From the NCBI GenBank assembly GCA_002104945.1, contig MCFH01000143.1, positions 1-26,321 of the forward strand: DNA of 26,321 bases, in the 5' to 3' direction. The translations under genes were made by a program, and so were the position numbers. Each line of letters begins with the position of its first letter. The stretch's first letter is position 1. The notes under the pieces were generated by a model that was given only the letters and a program-made list of their open reading frames with translations, ran no database searches and had not been told where the DNA came from. This stretch comes from Piromyces finnis finn (lineage: Eukaryota > Fungi > Neocallimastigomycota). Positions 1 through 10,054 of the stretch are shown here, piece by piece.

Positions 1-1618
1 ATAATCATAACACCTCTGTATTATTTATATATATATATATATATAAAACCTTTTAAATGTATAATTGTATAAAAAAGTAAATTTAAATAATTATTAGATT
101 ATATATATATAATAGAATATAAAATGAATAATAATAAAAAAAGGTATAACGTATTATGTCAATTTTAATTATTACTAAAGAATAATCAATGTAGTCAACT
201 TTCTAAATGTGATTAAAAAAAAGGCAAGGTCTAGTTTTTTTGTCAAGAGAAAAATTATGCTCAATTATCTGGTCCTACAGATTTATTTTACTTTTAAACG
301 TTGATACTCTTAGTTATTATCTTAAATCTATTAGTTAAGAATATAAAATATGTTTTTATTTTGGATAAAAAATCATATGGGGACAAGGTTTTTGGTTTAG
401 TTTATCACTGATAAATTTTTTTTTTCTTTTTATTATTAGTATTAAAATTCCTTTCTCCCTACACAATAATAGTAGGAAATTAATTTACTAGAATAAGTAT
501 AAAAATTAATATTTACATAGTTAATAAATTATTAAAATTATTATGTATTAAAAAGATTTTTTTTTTTTTAAAGTCTTAAAATGATAATTTTTATCTTAAT
601 TATTACCATTATTATTTCTATCCTTAATGAATAATAATTAGAATAAATAGGATCAAGTTACTTGAAAAGACAAAAAACTTTGGAAAAATCATACTATAAT
701 TTAACACACTTTTTTTTTTTTAACTTCTTTTCACCTTCTTTTCATTATAATGCTGTTTGATTTTTTAATTAATTTATTATTCCCATTTTTTTGGTTCTTT
801 TTAGTTTATTTGTAAAAAAGTATCTTTTTATCTATCTATCTATCTTTTTTATACTAATTACTATTATATTATCATTAAAGTAAAAAATAAATTTTTTTTT
901 TAAAAAGGAACACAAATAATTTATATCCTATATAAAGAATCCGGTCCTAATTGAAGACAAAATAGCCTATTTTTTAAATACATAAACTCTAAAATATTTA
1001 TTTTTTAAGACTTTGGTAATATATAATTTTATTTATTAATAATTAAAAATCAAAAAACACAATCAGAATAGCATTAGTAAAGAATTTTGCAAGCCCCACA
1101 ATCCACAACATAATAATAAGGGAAAGAAGATTTTTGAGAAGGAGATTGAAAAAGAGTATTAATCAATTGATTTCTTTCCCTTCCTTTCAGACATGATGTT
1201 TAAAATATCAAGAGCATTAGCATAAAAACTAGCTAATGGAGGTATGAATAATTCCATAGACATGTTTATATAGTTGTATTTGAAGTGTTATTTTTAAATC
1301 TAAAATTCTAATATATTCTTTGATTGATAGCAATTTGTGCTTTTTTAGTGTTGGCTTTATTAGAACCAAAAAATGATGCATAATAAAGAACTGTACTATG
1401 AATAAATGAAATTAAGATACGCATTCTGAGGTGGTAGATTAGTACACTATGATTACTTAAAAATCGAAAGAATATTTAATAATAACAGGATTTACTTTTA
1501 CTATTCATTTTTAAAATAATCGGGTTTCAATTCTAAAAATTCATTAAATGATATTCAATATTTATTTTGGGGAATTGGAATTGTATTTATTATTGATTCA
1601 TTCTCAGTTTTTATTTTT

Positions 1619-2204
1619 TCATTTATAGTTGCCATTGGCTTCACAATTACTTTTCTTATGAATAACTTCATCGTATAAACTATCTAATGAATTTTTTTTT
1701 TTAATATTACTATCATATTGTTTTAAAATATCAAACATTATAGACATCAGAAAAAACAACTTTAACAGGTTCGTCATATGAATATGAATTGACAATAATC
1801 TTATTGATATTATCATCTGATTCCATGATGATTCTGGCATCATGGCGATTTCAATTGATTTTTCTACATCTTCTATATCTAAAGCTTTATTTGTTCTTTT
1901 ATTTCTGTAACCTATAATGACTTTCATGGTTATCAACTATTTCTTCTAAATCTTTGTATATGGTATTGATGGTGTGAATATAAAGGAATTTAGAATCTAT
2001 TGGTGTAAATAAATTATTTATAATAGAATTTTGATCATCTACATCAAGATTTTTGTAATCTGCTAATGCTGAAATAGCTTGATTATCATTATAAAATGTA
2101 GTTTTGATATCTCTTTCATAAACCATTGGATCATTAAGAGACATGTAATATTTAGTTCCAAAATATTTAATTTCATTTATTATTATCTTTCCTTTGTGTA
2201 TCAT
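1619..2204 (-). pseudogene. Mirror copy of the 9471-10054 orphan ORF, split by single-base indels (probably consensus errors)
   Basis: First 94 aa identical to ORF 9471-9989. Frameshifts at about 1925, 1840 and 1735 relative to the right-arm copy. It supplies the alternative C-terminus KKKNSLDSLYDEVIHKKSNCEANGNYK. Confidence 0.75.
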
Positions 2205-2609
2205 CAGAATATTTCTTTTTCATTTCTAATTTGAATAAGCTTATTAAAGTATCAGAAAATTCTTTTTTGTTTATTACATTTATTCTTTGATTATTAATGA
2301 ACTTATCAATTGGAAGGCTAAAAATCTATTTCAATTTCAATAGGTTTTTCATATCTTAATGATAGTTGTACGGATTGTTTAAAAAAAGAAATATTACCTC
2401 TTTTATATTTAAACCACATTTCTATTTAATATAAGTTATCTACTAATTCGATTTCTGGTTTTCTGCTTCTGCTTCTATGCATATTGTATTTATTTTTCTC
2501 TTTATTTTATTTTCCAGATTTTATCATAAAATTATCGATTTCATGATATTTACTAATAATAGTAATTAATGCTATTAAATTATTTGGTGAATTTTTTTTA
2601 ATGGTTATT

Positions 2610-3642
2610 ATACATATTATAAAAAAAACAAAATTAAAAATAAAAAAAAAATAAAATAAAAAAAAATATGTTTAATTAAATACAAATGAAAAAAAGGTCT
2701 GGTTAAAATTCTGCATGAGGTCGAATTTCTTCTGGCTAAAAAGTTTGGCTAAATCGCCAAAAATCTATGATTTATATTAAATCATCATGAATAAAAATTG
2801 AGTATAATGTATTCTAATAATTTTAATTAAAGTAAGAAAGCCACTATTATACTAAAGTATAATAATTGTATTTGACTTCCAATGGGACACGAGCCAAAGA
2901 TCAAAATTTTATCATGGGACAAAATTATGATCTCTGTTGGTTGCGCTGGCCCTCCTGGCCTGCTTTACTATTTCTTCAGCATTGACGCTCTTGGAGGTTG
3001 TTTCAAACCTTTTGTTGACCATTGCTGACCAATAACAAAAGGCATGATTTTTGGTTAGAAGTTACGTTGTTACCGTCAAGAATGGTGTTCTTTTGTAAAT
3101 GCCAGACTGAATTTGACACTTGCAAAATTCTTTCCATTCCCTTGAATTGTAATTGATATTGTTAAAACTTCTTTCTCCAAGAAGGAATTAAATATTTTAT
3201 TGCACATACTAGAATAATCATACACATTAATATTTACCGATTATTAGAACTATTACTATTATAAAAATTACTATCTAAATTAGAATTATTATCTTCACTA
3301 TTGCTATATTGCTATTACTACTATTATCATATTATCAATAATATTAATTAAAATTATTATTAAAATTATTATTATTATTAATGCTACCATTACTATTATT
3401 ATTACTATTACTATTATTATTATTATTGCTATTTCTATTGATATTAAAATATTCATTATTATTGATAGGATTATTAGTATTAAGTTGATTAAAAAAATTT
3501 AATAGTTAGACAAAGTAATTGTAATGTTTTTTTAATACGGATATCTCTAAATGTTGGACAATCTAATAACCAATATTTAATACTTTGATCTTCCACTTTT
3601 GCAACATGGACAGTAGTTAGGACAAACTGGATCAACAAATTT
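2610..3642 (-). mobile_element. Mirror copy of the old LINE 3' relic at 8031-9068
   Basis: Reverse complement of 8031-9068, homologous to 21217-22148. Confidence 0.85.
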
Positions 3643-3963
3643 TTGATGATTTAGAAGCAAGAACAGATACTAACGATAATGATACTATTATAGGTTATAA
3701 AAATAAAAAAACAAATGAAGATTTAGATGTAGACAGTGTAGAAAAATCAATTAAAATATTAGAAAGAACTAAAGAAAAGTCTTCATATAAAATAGTAGAT
3801 TTTTAAATACAGATACCTATAATGTAATTTCAAAATATTTATCTCATTTAAACCATATTGAAGAAACATGAAGAAATTGGAAAATAAATATAAAACTAAT
3901 TCCGTATTATTAAATAATTTAATAATGGAGAAATTAAAAAAAAGTGATTGTGTAATAATGTGA
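3642..3963 (+). pseudogene. Mirror copy of the CaaX-ending orphan ORF remnant (7708-8031), frameshifted
   Basis: Reads FDDLEARTD...IIGYKNKKTNEDLDVDSVEKSIKI. The frame breaks at 3801-3806, where the right arm has an extra C. It ends ...agtgattgtgtaataatgtga at 3963. Confidence 0.55.
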
Positions 3964-4193
3964 ATTGATAAAGGCACGACTAAAAAATTAAAGTTTAAAA
4001 TGAAAATAAAAAGCATATTAATAAAAATATATTCAATAATGAATGATAAAAAGAAATAAATTATTATAGTTTATGCTATTGAGAATTAAAATTAAAACAA
4101 AAAACTAATAAACTAAAATTTCTCACTTATAATAATAGTAACAAATAACATAATAAAATAAAATAAGTATTAAAATATGATCTTAAATAAAAA

Positions 4194-4220
4194 CAACAAC
4201 AACAACAACAACAACAACAA
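4194..4220. repeat. (CAA)9 microsatellite, mirrored as (TTG)9 at 7451-7477
   Basis: Direct reading of the sequence. Confidence 0.9.
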
Positions 4221-7200
4221 AAATAAACAACAAAAAACAAACATTAAAAAGTATTCTTTTTCTAAAAAAAAAAAAAAATTAATTCTTTCATAATTAATTA
4301 ATATAAAAAATTATTAAAAATAAATGAAAATTTCTAAAAAAGTATAAATGAAAAATATTTAAAGTAAATGATCGTTTTATATCATTTTATTTGTTTTAAA
4401 GTAAATTGATTTTAAAACCTTTAATAATAAAAAAAGACAATTTGTTACATTTTAGTCAACTATTTAAAAATGAAATTTAAAAAAATTTAAATTCTTCTAT
4501 TTATAATTATGAATTAGTTTGATTACTTCCTAAATCAAATAAAATTAATAATTATTATTAGAAAGTTTGTTTATGAACTATTAAATAAAGATAAAGAAAA
4601 ATGATTAAAAAAAATAATTTTTATTTCCAAAATAATAAACATTTTTAATTTGCTTAAATTTAATGTATCATTTATTTATCATTTATTTAATAATTATTTT
4701 TATTAATTTTAGGTTGATTTTATTAATAAAGTTTATTTATAATAAATTATATAAATAGGTTAATTACAAGTAATTATTTAATACAAAATTCAATAAATTA
4801 TACTATAATATGTGGCTTAATCTATTACTAAAAATCATGTACATGAATATTCTTTAGAACATGTGAATTACTAACTATTACTAATGTATTATTAATCAAT
4901 AATAATTAAAGTTTATTAAGTTTATGATATTATAACAATTTTGTTTGTTAGAATATGTGAAGCTGATATGAAATTAATATGTCTAGCTACATATTAGCCA
5001 TATTTAAAATAATTTTTATTATTTAAAATATATATTTTCATATTTAAAATTTATATATAATATTTCATAATAATAATATAATAATTGATATACATTATAA
5101 TACATTATGTATATATTAACTATAGAATTCATGTACACATTTCATTATATTCCTCATATATTAATATTATATATTAGTATAAATTTTATTGTAATACTTA
5201 TTTGTATTGAATTACCTTTCCTAATATAGTAATATTTCATTTAAAATGAAAAATATATTATATTTATATCCTATTTAATTATTATTCATATATTATGAAT
5301 ACATTACATTATATAATTGATATTCAATTATATTATAGGAATTTTATAATATAAAAATATTCATGTAAAAATTGTTAATAATTAGAGAAGAGCTTTAATA
5401 ATTAATAAGAAAAATAGTAAAAGTGAAATTATCAATAAGAGAGAAGTTAATAATAATAATAATAAAATATTTTTCACCTAATAATAAATTATAAATAAAG
5501 TAATATTAAATGACTACAACATAAAAGAAACATATATCAATTGGTGCGAAGTGTGAGGTTGTAGAATAAAAGATATTAATATTATTAATATTAGTTAAGT
5601 AAATCTATAAATAGGTGAATTTAATTATTTAGTGTAAAGATATAATAATATCTTTAGATTATTTAATAATTAACTATTAATTATTAAATAATAAATTAAT
5701 ATTTATTAAAATTAACTATGAAATTTTTAATATTCAATGGAATAATTTAATAATAAATTATTTTATAATAATTCCGTCAAATTAAATAAAGATAAATATT
5801 TAAATTTAAGGAACAAAAGAATCTTAATTAAATTTAAATATTTCAAATATTTTAAATATTCATAATAACTTTAAATACTTTTTATTTAATTTTGACGGAA
5901 TTATTATAAAATAATTTATTATTAAATTATTCCATTGAATATTAAAAATTTCATAGTTAATTTTAATAAATATTAATTTATTATTTAATAATTAATAGTT
6001 AATTATTAAATAATCTAAAGATATATATTATATCTTTACACTATAATTAAATTCACCTATATTATAGATTTACTTAACTAATATTAATAATATTAATATC
6101 TTTTATTCTACAACCTCACACTTCGCACCAATTTGATATATGTTTCTTTTATGTTGTAGTCATTTAATATTACTTTATTTATAATTTATTATATTAGGTG
6201 AAAAATATTTTATTATTATTATTATTAACTTCTCTCTTATTGATAATTTCACTTTTACTATTTTCTTATTAATTATTAAAGCTCTTCTCTAATTATTAAC
6301 AATTTTTTACATGAATATTTTTATATTATAAAATCCTATAATATAATTGAATATCAATTATATAATGTAATGTATTCATAATATATGAATAATAATTAAT
6401 AGGATATAAATATAATATATTTTTCATTTTAAATGAAATATTACTATATTAGGAAAGGTAATTCAATACAAATAAGTATTACAATAAAATTTATACTAAT
6501 ATATAATATTAATATATGAGAATATAATGAAATGTGTACATGAATTCTATAGTTAATATATACATAATGTATTATAATGTATATCAATTATTATATTATT
6601 ATTATGAAAATATTATATATAAATTTTAAAATATGAAAATATATATTTTAAATAATAAAAATTATTTTAAATATGGCTAATATGTAGCTAGACATATTAA
6701 TTTCATATCAGCTTCACATATTCTAACAAACAAAATTGTATAAATATCATAACTTAATAAACTTTAATTATTATTGATTAATAATACATTAGTAATAGTT
6801 AGTAATTCACATGTTCTAAGAATATTCATGTACATGATTTTTAGTAATAGATTAAGCCACATATTATAGTATAATTTATTGAATTTTGTATTAAATAATT
6901 ACTTGTAATTACCTATTTATATAATTTATTATAAATAAACTTTATTAATAAAATCAACCTAAAATTAATAAAAATAATTATTAAATAAATGATAAATAAA
7001 TGATACATTAAATTTAAGCAAATTAAAAAATGTTTATTATTTGGAAATAAAAATTATTTTTTTAATCATTTTTTCTTTATCTTTATTTAATAGTTCATAA
7101 ACAAACTTTCTAATAATAATTATTAATTTTATTTGATTTTAGGAAGTAATCAAACTAATTCATAATTATAAATAGAAGAATTTAAATTTTTTTAAATTTC

Positions 7201-7707
7201 ATTTTTAAATAGTTGACTAAAATGTAACAAATTGTCTTTTTTTATTATTAAAGGTTTTAAAATCAATTTACTTTAAAACAAATAAAATGATATAAAACGA
7301 TCATTTACTTTAAATATTTTTCATTTATACTTTTTTAGAAATTTTCATTTATTTTTAATAATTTTTTATATTAATTAATTATGAAAGAATTAATTTTTTT
7401 TTTTTTTTAGAAAAAGAATACTTTTTAATGTTTGTTTTTTGTTGTTATTTTTGTTGTTGTTGTTGTTGTTGTTGTTGTTTTATTTAAGATCATATTTTAA
7501 TACTTATTTTATTTTATTATGTTATTTGTTACTATTATTATAAGTGAGAAATTTTAGTTTATTAGTTTTTTGTTTTAATTTTAATTCTCAATAGCATAAA
7601 CTATAATAATTTATTTCTTTTTATCATTTCATTATTGAATATATTTTTATTAATATGCTTTTTATTTTCATTTTAAACTTTAATTTTTTAGTCGTGCCTT
7701 TATCAAT

Positions 7708-8031
7708 TCACATTATTACACAATCACTTTTTTTTTTAATTTCTCCATTATTAAATTTATTTAATAATACGGAATTAGTTTTATATTTATTTTCAATTTC
7801 TTCATGTTCTTCAATATGGTTTAAATGAGATAAATATTTTGAAATTACATTATAGGTATCTGTATTTAAAAGATCTACTATTTTATATGAAGACTTTTCT
7901 TTAGTTCTTTCTAATATTTTAATTGATTTTTCTACACTGTCTACATCTAAATCTTCATTTGTTTTTTTATTTTTATAACCTATAATAGTATCATTATCGT
8001 TAGTATCTGTTCTTGCTTCTAAATCATCAAA
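7708..8031 (-). pseudogene. 5'-truncated orphan ORF ending in KKKSDCVIM* (CaaX prenylation motif); paralogue of the 9471 ORF
   Basis: Manual translation of the minus strand gives FDDLEARTDTNDNDTIIGYKNKKTNEDLDVDSVEKSIKILERTKEKSSYKIVDLLNTDTYNVISKYLSHLNHIEEHEEIENKYKTNSVLLNKFNNGEIKKKSDCVIM*. There is no start ATG, so the ORF track missed it. The 5' side abuts the LINE relic at 8031. Confidence 0.6.
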
Positions 8032-9068
8032 AATTTGTTGATCCAGTTTGTCCTAACTACTGTCCATGTTGCAAAAGTGGAGATCAAAGTATTAAATATT
8101 GGTTATTAGATTGTCCAACATTTAGAGATATCCGTATTAAAAAAAACATTACAATTACTTTGTCTAACTATTAAATTTTTTTAATCAACTTAATACTAAT
8201 AATCCTATCAATAATAATGAATATTTTAATATCAATAGAAATAGCAATAATAATAATAATAGTAATAGTAATAATAATAGTAATGGTAGCATTAATAATA
8301 ATAATAATTTTAATAATAATTTTAATTAATATTATTGATAATATTGATAATAGTAGTAATAGCAATATAGCAATAGTGAAGATAATAATTCTAATTTAGA
8401 TAGTAATTTAGTTAATAATAGTAATAGTTCTAATAATCGGTAAATATTAATGTGTATGATTATTCTAGTATGTGCAATAAAATATTTAATTCCTTCTTGG
8501 AGAAAGAAGTTTTAACAATATCAATTACAATTCAAGGGAATGGAAAGAATTTTGCAAGTGTCAAATTCAGTCTGGCATTTACAAAAGAACACCATTCTTG
8601 ACGGTAACAACGTAACTTCTAACCAAAAATCATGCCTTTTGTTATTGGTCAGCAATGGTCAACAAAAGGTTTGAAACAACCTCCAAGAGCGTCAATGCTG
8701 AAGAAATAGTAAAGCAGGCCAGGAGGGCCAGCGCAACCAACAGAGATCATAATTTTGTCCCATGATAAAATTTTGATCTTTGGCTCGGTGTCCCATTGGA
8801 AGTCAAATACAATTATTATACTTTAGTATAATAGTGGCTTTCTTACTTTAATTAAAATTATTAGAATACATTATACTCAATTTTTATTCATGATGATTTA
8901 ATATAAATCATAGATTTTTGGCGATTTAGCCAAACTTTTTAGCCAGAAGAAATTCGACCTCATGCAGAATTTTAACCAGACCTTTTTTTCATTTGTATTT
9001 AATTAAACATATTTTTTTTTATTTTTATTTTTTTATTTTTAATTTTGTTTTTTTTATAATATGTATAA
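8031..9068 (+). mobile_element. Degraded 3' fragment of the LINE family (C-terminal Cys/His knuckle region, N-rich tract, 3' UTR)
   Basis: Colinear with 21217-22148: aaatttgttgatccagtttgtcctaactactgtccatgttgcaa..., ...aggagggccagcgcaacc..., tttggctcggtgtcccattggaagtcaaatac. It has frameshifts, many substitutions and a 101-bp extra segment at 8891-8991. Confidence 0.9.
8891..8991. other. 101-bp segment present in this LINE 3' UTR copy but absent from the 22-kb copy; TG...CA ends, TTCA junction repeat, two short hairpins
   Basis: The 22-kb copy reads ttttattca|tttgtgtttattaaacat; this copy reads ttttattca[tgatg...tttttttca]tttgtatttaattaaacat. Hairpins: atgattta-ata-taaatcat and tttggc-gattta-gccaaa. 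Confidence 0.7.
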
Positions 9069-9256
9069 TAACCATTAAAAAAAATTCACCAAATAATTTA
9101 ATAGCATTAATTACTATTATTAGTAAATATCATGAAATCGATAATTTTATGATAAAATCTGGAAAATAAAATAAAGAGAAAAATAAATACAATATGCATA
9201 GAAGCAGAAGCAGAAAACCAGAAATCGAATTAGTAGATAACTTATATTAAATAGAA

Positions 9257-9502
9257 ATGTGGTTTAAATATAAAAGAGGTAATATTTCTTTTTTTAAACA
9301 ATCCGTACAACTATCATTAAGATATGAAAAACCTATTGAAATTGAAATAGATTTTAGCCTTCCAATTGATAAGTTCATTAATAATCAAAGAATAAATGTA
9401 ATAAACAAAAAAGAATTTTCTGATACTTTAATAAGCTTATTCAAATTAGAAATGAAAAAGAAATATTCTGATGATACACAAAGGAAAGATAATAATAAAT
9501 GA
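9257..9502 (+). CDS. Hypothetical 81-aa protein, overlapping the next ORF by 32 bp
   Basis: Open frame with ordinary amino-acid complexity; no recognised domain. It could be an exon or the frameshifted N-terminus of the 9471 ORF. Confidence 0.3.
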   Translation: MWFKYKRGNISFFKQSVQLSLRYEKPIEIEIDFSLPIDKFINNQRINVINKKEFSDTLISLFKLEMKKKYSDDTQRKDNNK

Positions 9503-10054
9503 AATTAAATATTTTGGAACTAAATATTACATGTCTCTTAATGATCCAATGGTTTATGAAAGAGATATCAAAACTACATTTTATAATGATAATCAAGCTA
9601 TTTCAGCATTAGCAGATTACAAAAATCTTGATGTAGATGATCAAAATTCTATTATAAATAATTTATTTACACCAATAGATTCTAAATTCCTTTATATTCA
9701 CACCATCAATACCATATACAAAGATTTAGAAGAAATAGTTGATAACCATGAAGTCATTATAGGTTACAGAAATAAAAGAACAAATAAAGCTTTAGATATA
9801 GAAGATGTAGAAAAATCAATTGAAATCGCCATGAATGCCAGAATCATCATGGAATCAGATGATAATATCAATAAGATTATTGTCAATTCATATTCATATG
9901 ACGAACCTGTTAAAGTTGTTTTTTCTGATGTCTATAATGTTGATATTTTAAAACAATATGATAGTAATATTAAAAAAAAAATTCATTAGATAGTTTATAC
10001 GATGAAGTTATTCATAAGAAAAGTAATTGTGAAGCCAATGGCAACTATAAATGA
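9471..10054 (+). CDS. Orphan protein of 172 aa, or about 193 aa if the A-run at 9972-9981 is A11 as in the mirror arm
   Basis: Long complex ORF in very AT-rich DNA. It has a local paralogue at 7708-8031 (16 of 24 identical over IIGYRNKRTNKALDIEDVEKSIEI). With the mirror-arm A-run length it ends IHKKSNCEANGNYK* at 10054. Confidence 0.6.

Noticed and set aside
188-203. 16-bp match caatgtagtcaacttt shared with about 22831-22846
   Set aside because: No extension on either side; cannot be distinguished from chance in this composition.
5509-5790. Alternative genetic code (TAA/TAG = Gln) to explain stop-riddled frames
   Set aside because: The clear genes use TAA/TGA as stops and CAA for Gln; the frames are better explained as decay or non-coding DNA.
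5791-5880. SMRTbell adapter or telomeric repeat at the fold point
   Set aside because: Neither ATCTCTCTC...GAGAGAGAT nor TTAGGG-type repeats are present.
8171-8399. Ile-rich ORFs on both strands
   Set aside because: Out-of-frame readings of the AAT-rich tract in the LINE relic.
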